A stretch of DNA of 64,000 nt from Candidatus Uhrbacteria bacterium. Lineage in GTDB: Bacteria > Patescibacteriota > Patescibacteriia > UBA9934 > GWF2-40-263. The stretch covers positions 32,147 to 96,146 of the forward strand of contig JACRJU010000010.1 in assembly GCA_016219925.1 (NCBI GenBank), read 5' to 3'. Both the position numbers and the translations under genes were made by a program. The notes under the pieces are model-generated. The model had not been told where the DNA came from. It saw nothing but the letters and a program-made list of their open reading frames with translations, and made no database searches. Shown here in pieces: positions 17,788 through 26,815 of the stretch (position 1 is its first letter; each line of letters starts with the position of its first letter).

Positions 17788-17922
17788 AGAGATTTGTGAC
17801 CTTGTCTTCGGGCCGACGGACTCATCGCCGTCGTTCCCTCCGACATGGTCACAAATCTCTTTAGGGCTGTGAAGAATAAACGAGTCACAGCCAGTGGGGA
17901 GGCGGCCATGGGGCCCCCACTG
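17788..17922. other. Three adjacent perfect hairpins; unclassified structured element
   Basis: Stems are AGAGATTTGTGACC/GGTCACAAATCTCT (17788-17801 with 17847-17860, inner CGACGG/CCGTCG), GGCTGTGA/TCACAGCC (17865-17872 with 17885-17892) and CAGTGGGG/CCCCACTG (17892-17899 with 17915-17922). Confidence 0.35.
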
Positions 17923-17979
17923 ACCTTCTCTTTGTGGGCTTCAAGCGAACCCAAGCGGGTGGTCGAAAAGACAAAAGGG

Positions 17980-19152
17980 TTATTTGAATTCAGACGCACG
18001 ACGCTTCTCCTGAATCATTTTGGTTATAATCGGCCGATCGGTGTTGCGCCCGACAAGCACGGCGCCAATAAGCTGGCCTGCCCGAGAAAAAAGTTGTGTG
18101 ATGCCTCCCTGCTCAACCGAACCCACCAACCGAACTTCATCGGCATGCGCGCGCGACACATCACCCACAAAAATAATTTCCAAACCAAGAGCGTTTGTGG
18201 CGTAAGAAGAAACCAAAGAGAACACAGTCTTCTCCCCAGCCATATTCTTTGCCACCACACGTCCCTGCATCTGCGCATTCATCCAGTTACCCACGCGCAC
18301 ATGACGGCCAACATTGATATCGTAAAACTCGGCCACATCGCCAGCCGCAAAAATGTTTGGCTCTGATGTCTGTAAAAATTCATCACACACGATGCCCGCC
18401 TCAACCTTCACTCCTGCTTCGCGCAACCATCCATCATCCGATTCGATCCCAATTCCCACTCCAAGAATGGTGCAAGGATGCTCACCGAGCGAACTGATAA
18501 ATCCGGTGAGTTCGCGCTCCCCCATGGTATCGACAAAAAGTCCGCCCGGATGGAGCTCAACACCCTTCTTGATTAAATGTTGATTGATAAGACGCCCCAC
18601 TTCGGGCTCGAGCCCTTTAGACCAAAAATGGTTTCCTCGAAAAATAACGGTTGTCGGGATCCCAAAATGGGCAAACAAGTTGATGTACTCACAGGCGATA
18701 AACCCACCGCCGTAAACGCCGCCACGGCAAGATGATCCCTGCTCGGCAAGTAGTTGATTCAAATGATCCGCGTCATCAAGCGTACGTAAATAAGAGACAC
18801 CGCGCACATCCAATCCGAGAGTACGCAGTTCGCCTCCGGTTGCGATGAGTAGTTTGTCATAGGGGAGTTCGCGGCCATCTGAGAGTTCGACGAAGGTATT
18901 TTTCGGGTCCAGTTTTACAACCGAAATTCCGCGCACCCACTCAATCTTTTGTTCTTCATACCACGACTCTTTCTTCAAAAAGACCCGCTCGCGCGGAATT
19001 TTCCCTTTCAAATAATGCGGCAACAGCACCCGCGAATAGAGGGCGTGCTGTTCCTCACTCACAAGCGTAATCTCATCGCTGGAATCGAGCTTGCGCAATT
19101 CTTCCACGGCCGTTGTTCCGGCAATGCCTCCGCCGATGATGAGATAGCGCAT
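17980..19152 (-). CDS. FAD-dependent pyridine nucleotide-disulfide oxidoreductase (ferredoxin or rubredoxin reductase-like)
   Basis: Start at ATG 19152 (MRYLIIGGGIAGTTA, GxGxxG). Second Rossmann motif GGGFIACE. Contains AAGD. Sits next to a ferredoxin gene. Confidence 0.7.
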   Translation of the reverse strand: MRYLIIGGGIAGTTAVEELRKLDSSDEITLVSEEQHALYSRVLLPHYLKGKIPRERVFLKKESWYEEQKIEWVRGISVVKLDPKNTFVELSDGRELPYDKLLIATGGELRTLGLDVRGVSYLRTLDDADHLNQLLAEQGSSCRGGVYGGGFIACEYINLFAHFGIPTTVIFRGNHFWSKGLEPEVGRLINQHLIKKGVELHPGGLFVDTMGERELTGFISSLGEHPCTILGVGIGIESDDGWLREAGVKVEAGIVCDEFLQTSEPNIFAAGDVAEFYDINVGRHVRVGNWMNAQMQGRVVAKNMAGEKTVFSLVSSYATNALGLEIIFVGDVSRAHADEVRLVGSVEQGGITQLFSRAGQLIGAVLVGRNTDRPIITKMIQEKRRASEFK

Positions 19153-19177
19153 AGACAAAAAAATCCAAAAAGACCTC

Positions 19178-19447
19178 TTAGAGCTCGGGGAAAAGTTGTT
19201 TCCCGGCTTCATCAAAAATAAAAATTGCGAGTGTCGGGCAAGACTGGGCGGCAAGCAAAATATTCTCCTGTTGCTCTTGGGTTACCTCAAGCCATCGTTC
19301 ATAGGTGGGACCACCTGGCGCTTGCCCATGGTCATACACCTCGGCTTTATTTTCACTGTTGAGTTGAAATGTTTCGGGCGCGATGGTAACGCACGAAGCC
19401 GCCCCGATACACAAGTCCTCATCGACTTTAATTCGAATCTTTGGCAT
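19178..19447 (-). CDS. Small ferredoxin
   Basis: MPKIRIKVDEDLCIGAASCVTIAPETF...AAQSCPTLAI pattern. An alternative start at 19456 overlaps the nifU stop. Confidence 0.7.
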   Translation of the reverse strand: MPKIRIKVDEDLCIGAASCVTIAPETFQLNSENKAEVYDHGQAPGGPTYERWLEVTQEQQENILLAAQSCPTLAIFIFDEAGKQLFPEL

Positions 19448-19455
19448 AGACCTCA

Positions 19456-20103
19456 TCAACCAAAATATTTTTCTTTATAAAAACGAATCAGCTCTTCGAC
19501 GGCCGGCAAACAACTGGGATTGCCAATGCCCACTTTGGTCTTTTGCTGAACGAGCTCAATTGTATGCGCACCATCGAGCACCGCCTCCTCGATATCATGA
19601 TCCGTCACTTTTGAAACCTGATCAATAATCCGAAACGCTTCAACCAATATTTTATCAGTCTGTCCGCTTCTGCGGTAATAGTCATTGATCGCATCGCGAA
19701 GCGCTTTGTCGCACAGCACCGAGCAATGAAACTTTCGCTGTGGGAGACCTCCCAAACGCTCCATAATATCTTGCGGCTTGAGCTGACGTGCTTGCTCAAG
19801 CGTCATTCCACCGTTCTCTGTCACCATGACCGATGCCATCGATGTTGACGCGATCGCGCTTCCGCATCCGAATGTTCGCCAATGGAAATCTGTAATGCGC
19901 TCGGTCGTTGGATCCACCTTCATCCAAACACGCAACTCGTCGCCACAAGCCGGCGATCCGACTTTGCCGATGGCATTGTATTGGGTTTCATCAGCCTGCT
20001 CATGCATGAAATTGCGCGGATGGAAAAAATGATCCTTCACGATATCCGTGTAGAACCACGATTGGGTTTTGTCGCGTGAGGATACATCAGCCATAAACTT
20101 CAT
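19456..20103 (-). CDS. nifU: NifU-like Fe-S scaffold (IscU-type N-domain plus BFD-like [2Fe-2S] domain)
   Basis: Contains GSPACGD, FGCGSAIAS and HCSVL cysteines. The C-terminal ITDHDIEEAV...GNPSCLPAVEELI is BFD-like. Confidence 0.8.
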   Translation of the reverse strand: MKFMADVSSRDKTQSWFYTDIVKDHFFHPRNFMHEQADETQYNAIGKVGSPACGDELRVWMKVDPTTERITDFHWRTFGCGSAIASTSMASVMVTENGGMTLEQARQLKPQDIMERLGGLPQRKFHCSVLCDKALRDAINDYYRRSGQTDKILVEAFRIIDQVSKVTDHDIEEAVLDGAHTIELVQQKTKVGIGNPSCLPAVEELIRFYKEKYFG

Positions 20104-20109
20104 GGGGAT

Positions 20110-20230
20110 CTCTGCAAAACTCGATGAGATTTGCTCAAACGGGCTGTTGATCCCCGCGAACCCTACTGAAACGTAGGGAGAGCAGGGTCAACGGGCGCAC
20201 GTGAGAGCAAAGATCGCGAGTTTTGCAGAG
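20110..20230. repeat. 121-bp multi-tier palindromic element filling the nifS-nifU spacer (structured RNA or MITE-like)
   Basis: Outer 14-bp arms CTCTGCAAAACTCG (20110-20123) and CGAGTTTTGCAGAG (20217-20230). Second tier TTTGCTC/GAGCAAA. Central hairpin CCCTAC/GTAGGG (20161-20178). Confidence 0.5.
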
Positions 20231-20233
20231 GTC

Positions 20234-21433
20234 CTAGCGAAAATATTTTTCATCAACCCTTACTGGGCTTATTGATCGTAATTTGGCAACCAGTGGCGGA
20301 AGAGTTTCAAGCACATAGGCGATATCCTCCTTGGTTGTCGCGTGCCCGAGGGTAAACCGCAATGATCCGTGCGCCACCTCATAAGGCATCCCGAGCGCGA
20401 GAATGACGTGGGACGGATCAAGCGATGCGCTGGTACACGCAGAACCTGTTGAAGAAAAAATACCTGCGGCATCAAGGTACAACAGAAGTGCCTCCCCTTC
20501 AATATCCATGAAAGAAATATTCACATTGTTGGGAAGGCGTTTCGTGCGATGGCCGTTTAGGCGCACTTTCGGAATTGTTTTTATGATCCCTTCGATAAGC
20601 TCATCGCGCAGGGGAATCAGACGCTCTGATTCATGCTGAAGATCGCCCTGAACCAGTTCAAACGCGCGCGCCATGCCAACAATACCAGCCACATGTTCTG
20701 TCCCAGGACGCAAACCGCGCTCTTGAGGTCCGCCAAACAAGAGCGGCTGAAGTTTGATCCCTCGTTTTACATACAAAACCCCCACTCCTTTAGGACCGTA
20801 CATTTTGGAACCGTTGATCGTCAATAAATCAACATGAAGTTTCTCAACATTCAACGGAAAAAACCCGGTAGCTTGGCAGGCATCCGTGTGAAAAACTGGC
20901 CAGGCTCGCCCCTTCTCTTGGCGAAATTTCTGAATCACGTTCCCGATTTCACTGATCGGTTGAATCGTCCCAATCTCATTGTTGGCGGCCATGATCGAAA
21001 CGAGAATTGTATCCTCGCGCAAAGCCCTTGCCACCTGCTCTGGGGTAATCAACCCTTCTTTATCCGGCGAAAGATACGTCACTTGAAAACCTTCTTTCTT
21101 TTCCAAATGCATCACGGCTTCCAAAACCGCATGATGCTCAATCAAAGAGGTGATGAGATGTTTGCCTGTTTTTTGATTGGCTCGTGCATATCCGAGCACG
21201 GCGAGATTATCTGATTCTGTGCCAGAAGATGTAAACAAAAGTTCATCCGGTCGAGCCCCCAAAATTTCCGCGATGGATGAGCGCGCCTCGTCTATAGCAT
21301 CTTTGGCTTGTTTACCCAGTGTATGGAAACTCGATGGGTTGCCAAAACGATCTTTCAAATACGGCAACATGACCTCAAGCACGCGAGGATCAAGGGGAGT
21401 GGTGGCGGCATGATCAAGATAAACGGAGGGCAT
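20234..21433 (-). CDS. nifS: Cysteine desulfurase (NifS/IscS, class V aminotransferase)
   Basis: 399 aa. Contains SGTESDNLA, GSKMYGPKGVGVLY (PLP lysine region) and an SSTGSACTS catalytic Cys loop. Confidence 0.85.
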   Translation of the reverse strand: MPSVYLDHAATTPLDPRVLEVMLPYLKDRFGNPSSFHTLGKQAKDAIDEARSSIAEILGARPDELLFTSSGTESDNLAVLGYARANQKTGKHLITSLIEHHAVLEAVMHLEKKEGFQVTYLSPDKEGLITPEQVARALREDTILVSIMAANNEIGTIQPISEIGNVIQKFRQEKGRAWPVFHTDACQATGFFPLNVEKLHVDLLTINGSKMYGPKGVGVLYVKRGIKLQPLLFGGPQERGLRPGTEHVAGIVGMARAFELVQGDLQHESERLIPLRDELIEGIIKTIPKVRLNGHRTKRLPNNVNISFMDIEGEALLLYLDAAGIFSSTGSACTSASLDPSHVILALGMPYEVAHGSLRFTLGHATTKEDIAYVLETLPPLVAKLRSISPVRVDEKYFR

Positions 21434-21483
21434 AAATCAAAAAGACGGTAACAAAAAATTTCCCTACTTTCAAGAGTGGCCAC

Positions 21484-21681
21484 CTACTCCAACTCCTCAT
21501 CCTCTTCAAAATCCGCAAAAAGCGCAGGGTCTTCCAAATAACGTTTCAGACATTTTTCGCTACAAAATGTCAAAAGCTTGCCAAGATACTCTCTCGTCAC
21601 GGCCTGTGTGAGATCCATTATGGGGATATGGCACACATCGCACTCATTCGTTTGCTCACCTAACGACATTTCGTGGTTCAT
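21484..21681 (-). CDS. YHS/TRASH-type metal-binding small protein
   Basis: CDVCH...FCSEKC cysteine pattern. ATG 21681 overlaps the VIT1 stop in an ATGA coupling. Confidence 0.5.
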   Translation of the reverse strand: MNHEMSLGEQTNECDVCHIPIMDLTQAVTREYLGKLLTFCSEKCLKRYLEDPALFADFEEDEELE

Positions 21682-22226
21682 ACATTTATCCCAAAATACC
21701 AATTCACCGCGCGCGCAATCACATACCCAATAAGCGCGGCGGAAAGCGAGATGATGGCCATTTCGACCCCACTACGAAAAGCCGGGCGTTTGGTAAAATG
21801 CGATGACCAGACCCCGACTAAAAATAACACAACAGCGGTAAGAGGAATCGAGACGATAAGGGCAAAAGAAATGGGGAACAAAAAATACGGCAATAACGGA
21901 ACAACCCCACCAACCAGATAACACAGGCCCATGACCATTGCCGCGCGGACAGGGCTCTCTTGTGTGTGGGGGGAAATTCCATCATGACGATGAATGACCG
22001 CCTCGGTTTCCAAGGCAGATTTTGAGGAAAGATAACTGCCTGCCGCCATCGACGTGCACTCGGCAGCCAAAATAACGAGTCCAGAAAGAATAACGATAAA
22101 GGTGTTGTTTGCACCAATCGCTATTCCTGTCAGGGCTCCGAGCGTCGAGACGAGAGAGTCTTCCAAACCAAATACAATTTCCCGTATCGACTCGGAGATC
22201 CATCGCTCCAAAGAGAGGTTCGACAT
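21678..22226 (-). CDS. VIT1/CCC1-family iron/manganese transporter
   Basis: EIVFGLEDSLVSTLGALTGIA N-terminal signature plus C-terminal TM helices. Confidence 0.7.
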   Translation of the reverse strand: MSNLSLERWISESIREIVFGLEDSLVSTLGALTGIAIGANNTFIVILSGLVILAAECTSMAAGSYLSSKSALETEAVIHRHDGISPHTQESPVRAAMVMGLCYLVGGVVPLLPYFLFPISFALIVSIPLTAVVLFLVGVWSSHFTKRPAFRSGVEMAIISLSAALIGYVIARAVNWYFGINV

Positions 22227-22297
22227 ATACCGTAATTATAATGCCGGGATTGATTTTCGGAAACGTTTTTGATACATTCCCCCCAGTCGATGCTTCT

Positions 22298-22372
22298 GGC
22301 CACGTGGCGAAGTGGTAACGCAGGGGTCTGCAAAACCTCGATGCGCCGGTCCGATTCCGGCCGTGGCCTCCA
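22298..22372 (+). tRNA. tRNA-Cys (anticodon GCA), CCA encoded
   Basis: Hand fold: acceptor GGCCACG/CGTGGCC, anticodon stem GGGGT/ACCTC with loop CTGCAAA, T arm GCCGG-TCCGATT-CCGGC. 75 nt. Confidence 0.85.
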
Positions 22373-22375
22373 ATC

Positions 22376-22404
22376 AAAACACCGAGCGCGTGCTCGGTGT
22401 TTTG
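22376..22404. terminator. Bidirectional intrinsic terminator (tRNA-Cys and the 3D-domain gene)
   Basis: AAAACACCGAGC-gcgt-GCTCGGTGTTTT. Confidence 0.65.
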
Positions 22405-22405
22405 A

Positions 22406-22996
22406 TTAAAAAATTTCAACCGTCACATACTTTAATCCAAACTGTTTGGCCGCATCTTTCTGTTTCATCCAGACGTCCAAGTGGTATCGATAGCGCTGGT
22501 TCATGCGATCCTCCACATAGAAAACACGGTCCCCATACAACTCTGGAATACGTACGCGCGTCCCCATAGGCAAAAAGTTAGCTGCAACGATATTTTCGGT
22601 ATCGCGCTCACAAACATCGAGTCCAGAAGCTGTCACACAAGGAGAATTATCCGTTTGACCAACCTCGGAAGTATAAGCCGTCACTGGAAGACGTATCGTT
22701 CGGCGCGCGCTGGCCTTATCCGATTCAGGTAAGTGGCCGTAAGGACGCGTTTCGTTTTTCATCTGCTCAATAATAAGCGCAACGGTTTGATCATCAAGCG
22801 TAACCTGTTCGCGTTCCATGTCCGCATTCGCAATGGTCGGAAAAAGCACGTAGGTTCCCAACACGGCCACGAGTAAAAGAACGGAAAAATCCAAAGCAAA
22901 GTGTTTTGCTTTACGAACAGGAAAAATAATCGCGTGAGAAACTTCAGAAATCCAAGAGACTCCCGCCTGAATTTTCTTCTTTAGAGCATTCATCAT
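22406..22996 (-). CDS. 3D-domain (MltA/YocH-like) cell-wall protein
   Basis: VTAYTSEVGQTDNSPCVTASG...GTRVRIPELYGDRVFYVEDRMNQRYRYHLDVWM matches the 3D domain. N-terminal TM anchor. The start is uncertain (22996 to 23044). Confidence 0.6.
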   Translation of the reverse strand: MMNALKKKIQAGVSWISEVSHAIIFPVRKAKHFALDFSVLLLVAVLGTYVLFPTIANADMEREQVTLDDQTVALIIEQMKNETRPYGHLPESDKASARRTIRLPVTAYTSEVGQTDNSPCVTASGLDVCERDTENIVAANFLPMGTRVRIPELYGDRVFYVEDRMNQRYRYHLDVWMKQKDAAKQFGLKYVTVEIF

Positions 22997-23179
22997 ACCC
23001 CGTACCATCCTCCTACAGAGGCACGAGACATAAAAAATGCACAATGTTCCACCTAAATAAAAAGCTCCCCTTGTCTCTTGGGAGCTTATTTAGGTTACCA
23101 TAAAAATCGTGTTTTGTCAATCGAAAGTTATCCGCACCTATTCCCTCGCATCATTTTTCCCTATATCCTTATATCAGCT

Positions 23180-26113
23180 ATGTCCCAATATACGTACAGT
23201 TCGCACGGTTGGAAATCTCGTCGCCCTCTGCGCAGTCGCTTGCCAAAAACCGGTCTCATTAAAAATCTCGTCCTGCTCGCCATCGCGCTTGGATTTGCTG
23301 GGTCGCTTGCCCTCCTGGCTCTTTTTGCGGTTGCCAGTCACAACCTCCCCAATCCAAACGCGCTGACGAAACGTTCTATTTCTCAAACCACAAAAATCTA
23401 CGATCGCACAGGCGAGCATGTGCTGTATGAAATTTTCGGTAACGAAAACCGCACGCTGAAAAAAGTCCAAGAAGGCTTTTGCAAAGACGACCTCAAACTG
23501 GAAACAGACCCCAATGGCATCCCCTTGTTTGCTTTGCAAGCGACCATCGCCGCTGAAGATCGCAACTTTTGCAAACATGGCGGATTTGATCTTAAAGGAA
23601 TCGCGCGCGCATTCTTCCAAAACCTCACAGGCAACCGGGTAGGAGGATCAACGCTCACCCAACAGCTCGTCAAAAACGCAATTCTATCGAATGAAAAAAC
23701 GCTCATGCGCAAAGTTAAAGAACTCGTCCTCTCGATTGAACTTGAACGCCGTTATCACAAAGATGAAATCCTCCAGATTTATTTCAATGAGATTCCCTAC
23801 GGCTCGACCTACTACGGCATTGAGGCCGCCGCACAAAATTTTTTTCATACCTCCGCAGATAAACTGACTCTCGCGCAAGCTGCCACCCTCGCCGCTCTCC
23901 CTAAAGCGCCAACGACCTACCTTAATAATCCAGACCGCTTGCTTGCTCGTCGCAACTATGTCCTCGATCAAATGAAAGGGCTTGGATTCATCAGTAAAGA
24001 ACAGGCCGTCGCTGCGGAAAAAGAACAAACCCCTATCGAAACTCGCCTTTCCAATATTGAAGCTCCACATTTTGTTTTATACGTGAAAGAACTTCTTGAA
24101 GAAAAATATGGACAACAGGCCGTCGAAGAAGGAGGCCTCAAGGTGATCACCACTCTAAACTACGACGATCAAAAAATCGCCGAAGAAGAAGTAAAAAAAG
24201 AAGTGGAGGCCCGAGGAAAAGAACGCGGGTTTTCCAATGCGGCCCTTATCGCTCTTGATCCCAAAACTGGTCAGATTTTGAGCATGGTAGGATCAAAAGA
24301 TTATTTCGATGACTCAATTGATGGACAAGTCAACGTCACAACCCGCTTGCGCCAACCCGGATCCAGCTTCAAACCGATCGTTTATGCTAAAGCGTTTGAG
24401 ATGGGATACACCCCCAACACGGTGCTGTGGGATGTCGAAACGACCTTCCCAACTGTAACAGGAGCTTATACCCCTCATAACTACGATCTCCAAGAGCGCG
24501 GACCTGTTCGTCTGCGCGATGCTCTTCAAATGTCGCTTAACATCCCTGCTGTTAAACTGGTTTATCTCGTTGGGGTTGAAAACGCTCTTGATTTTGCCAC
24601 ATCGCTCGGTTACAGCACGTTTGGCGATCATAGCGCTTTTGGTCTTTCAATTGTTTTGGGTGGAGGGGAAGTTAAACTGATCGAGCACACGGCGGCTTAC
24701 GGCGTTTTCGCAAACAACGGCGTAAAGATGGACACGGTTTCTCTTTTGCGTGTGGAAGATAGCGACGGAACGGTGCTCGAGGAATGGAAACCAAACAAAG
24801 GGAAGCGAGTCGTTGACGAAAATGTTACGCGTACCCTGACGCATGTCCTCTCTGACAACAACGCGCGCATTCCGGTCTTTGGGGCCGCGAGTCATCTTCA
24901 ACTTGGCGATCGTCCGGTTGCGGCCAAAACAGGAACCACCAACGACAACAAAGACGCTTGGCTCATTGGCTATACCCCCTCGCTTGTGGTTGGGGTATGG
25001 GGCGGCAACAATAACAACAAACCGATGGTGAAAGGCGCAGGCGGTTCTTCGGTCTCGGCACCGATCTGGAACGGATTCATGCGTCGCGCCCTTGCAAACA
25101 CCCCCATCGAAACCTTCATTCCACCCGTCATCAAACAAACAGGCAAGCCGATCCTCGACGGACAAATCGGATCAACCAAAGCGATCGTTGATAAAACAAC
25201 AGGGAAACTTGCCACACAGTACACGCCAGAATCCCAAAAAGAAGAACGCGTGTTTGCGCAGTATCATTCCATCCTACACGACGTAGATCGAGCCAATCCC
25301 CTTGGAGATCCTCCCAAAGACCCCAACGCCGATCCTTATTATACGTCGTGGGAACAGGGGATTGCTCGTTGGATCAAAAAACAGGAAGAAAAAACCGGAA
25401 AAAAAATCGTGTCGCAAGATCCCCCAACGCAGTTTGACGATGTGCATATTCCGGAAAATTTCCCCACCATCAAGTGGATCAAACCCTCCGATGGTCAATT
25501 TGTCTCACGGAACCTTGAGGCAGAAGCGTTTGCGAGCGCCCCGCGCGGTATTGCTCGCGTCGAATTCTTTGTTGATGGATTTTATCTGGGTTCAGATAAC
25601 ACCCAACCGTTTCAATTTTCTGGAACCCTTCCAAGTTCAATAGACCGAGGTCTGCACACACTCAAAGCGGTCGCCTATGACGATGTAGAAAACTCGGGGT
25701 CCATCACACAAAATATTCAAGTTGCAGAAGAAGCCCCGGAAGAAACCCTCTCTCTTGTTGACCCAAAAAATGGACAGACCATCGAACAAAATGACGAACC
25801 TTATCGAGTCATCTTGTCCCTCAAACATCCCAGTCAGTACAGTTCGGTGCGTCTCTACGCCAACCCCATCGGTCCAGGACCAAGACAACTTATCGGAGAA
25901 CAAAACCATCCTACAAGCGTCTTTCAAACGATCGCATGGAAATTACCTACATCCGGGAATTACGCGTTGTTTGCTGAAGGCACAACGATCACAGGAGCGA
26001 CGGTCAAAACCGCGGGGATCACCGTTTCGGTTGTCCAAAAAACCCCGCAGGGCAACACCTCGGGGACTGGAGGAGAACTCTTTACTCCAACGAATCCGCT
26101 CAACCTTTTTTAA
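23180..26113 (+). CDS. Bifunctional class A penicillin-binding protein (GT51 glycosyltransferase plus transpeptidase) with C-terminal Ig-like domains
   Basis: GT51 motifs EDRNFCKHGGFD, GGSTLTQQLVKN and RKVKE. Transpeptidase motifs SSFK, SLN and KTGTT. Start at ATG 23180 (MSQYTY). Confidence 0.85.
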   Translation: MSQYTYSSHGWKSRRPLRSRLPKTGLIKNLVLLAIALGFAGSLALLALFAVASHNLPNPNALTKRSISQTTKIYDRTGEHVLYEIFGNENRTLKKVQEGFCKDDLKLETDPNGIPLFALQATIAAEDRNFCKHGGFDLKGIARAFFQNLTGNRVGGSTLTQQLVKNAILSNEKTLMRKVKELVLSIELERRYHKDEILQIYFNEIPYGSTYYGIEAAAQNFFHTSADKLTLAQAATLAALPKAPTTYLNNPDRLLARRNYVLDQMKGLGFISKEQAVAAEKEQTPIETRLSNIEAPHFVLYVKELLEEKYGQQAVEEGGLKVITTLNYDDQKIAEEEVKKEVEARGKERGFSNAALIALDPKTGQILSMVGSKDYFDDSIDGQVNVTTRLRQPGSSFKPIVYAKAFEMGYTPNTVLWDVETTFPTVTGAYTPHNYDLQERGPVRLRDALQMSLNIPAVKLVYLVGVENALDFATSLGYSTFGDHSAFGLSIVLGGGEVKLIEHTAAYGVFANNGVKMDTVSLLRVEDSDGTVLEEWKPNKGKRVVDENVTRTLTHVLSDNNARIPVFGAASHLQLGDRPVAAKTGTTNDNKDAWLIGYTPSLVVGVWGGNNNNKPMVKGAGGSSVSAPIWNGFMRRALANTPIETFIPPVIKQTGKPILDGQIGSTKAIVDKTTGKLATQYTPESQKEERVFAQYHSILHDVDRANPLGDPPKDPNADPYYTSWEQGIARWIKKQEEKTGKKIVSQDPPTQFDDVHIPENFPTIKWIKPSDGQFVSRNLEAEAFASAPRGIARVEFFVDGFYLGSDNTQPFQFSGTLPSSIDRGLHTLKAVAYDDVENSGSITQNIQVAEEAPEETLSLVDPKNGQTIEQNDEPYRVILSLKHPSQYSSVRLYANPIGPGPRQLIGEQNHPTSVFQTIAWKLPTSGNYALFAEGTTITGATVKTAGITVSVVQKTPQGNTSGTGGELFTPTNPLNLF

Positions 26114-26814
26114 GAAAGATACGCGCTTTGCATCACACCTTCTTTAGCAAGCTCGGAGGCTGAACCAGAAACTTTGATACGGCCTCCGGCGAGCAAATAC
26201 CCGCGGTCCACATAATGCAGAGCGAACCGAACATTTTGCTCTACGATCAACAGCGCGGTTCCTTCCTGCGCGAGTCGCTTTAACACCTCAAAAACCTCAT
26301 GCATCAGTTTAGGCGAAAGACCAAGCGATGGTTCGTCCAGCATGAGCAGTTTTGGTTGCGTCATGAGGGCCCGGCCGATGGCGAGCTGCTGTTGTTGGCC
26401 TCCTGAAAGATTTCCGGAAAGTTCGCGGCGTTTTTCACACAACACTGGAAACGTCTCATACACATGCTGTAAATTCGCGCGACACGTTTCTTTGTGATCA
26501 AGAAGATAGCCACCTATTTCCAAATTCTCTTCAACGGTTAAGCTCGAAAAAACCTGACGCCCTTGGGGCACATACCCCACCCCCTGCTCGATAAGCCCAT
26601 GGGTCGGCAGATGGGTAATGTCTATTCCATCAAACAAAATACGGCCGGCGGTTTTTGTCGTCATGGCATAAACCGATTTAAGCACAGTGGATTTCCCTGC
26701 CCCGTTTGGACCAATCAGAACCACCATTTCTGAGCTGTCGACCACAAGATTCACGTCTTCAAGGACGTGCAGATCGCCATAGCCGGCCGAGAGATTTTCA
26801 ATATGCATCAACAT
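26110..26814 (-). CDS. livF: Branched-chain amino acid ABC transporter, ATP-binding protein
   Basis: Walker A GPNGAGKST, signature LSGGQQQ, Walker B LLMLDEPS. Confidence 0.8.
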   Translation of the reverse strand: MLMHIENLSAGYGDLHVLEDVNLVVDSSEMVVLIGPNGAGKSTVLKSVYAMTTKTAGRILFDGIDITHLPTHGLIEQGVGYVPQGRQVFSSLTVEENLEIGGYLLDHKETCRANLQHVYETFPVLCEKRRELSGNLSGGQQQQLAIGRALMTQPKLLMLDEPSLGLSPKLMHEVFEVLKRLAQEGTALLIVEQNVRFALHYVDRGYLLAGGRIKVSGSASELAKEGVMQSAYLS

Positions 26815-26815
26815 A

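Noticed and set aside
15814-17864. Long alternative ORFs overlapping cassette B: 15814-16830 minus, 15936-17864 plus, 16925-17518 minus, 17065-17757 plus and 17182-17748 minus.
   Set aside because: They have the same shadow-ORF signature. The 642-aa plus-strand ORF runs through the promoter and leader and encodes Arg/His/Asp/Pro-rich low complexity.
17754-18366. ORFs 17754-17999 (minus, 81 aa) and 17845-18366 (plus, 173 aa).
   Set aside because: The first lies on the triple-hairpin region and lacks a Shine-Dalgarno. The second is antisense to the well-supported oxidoreductase gene.
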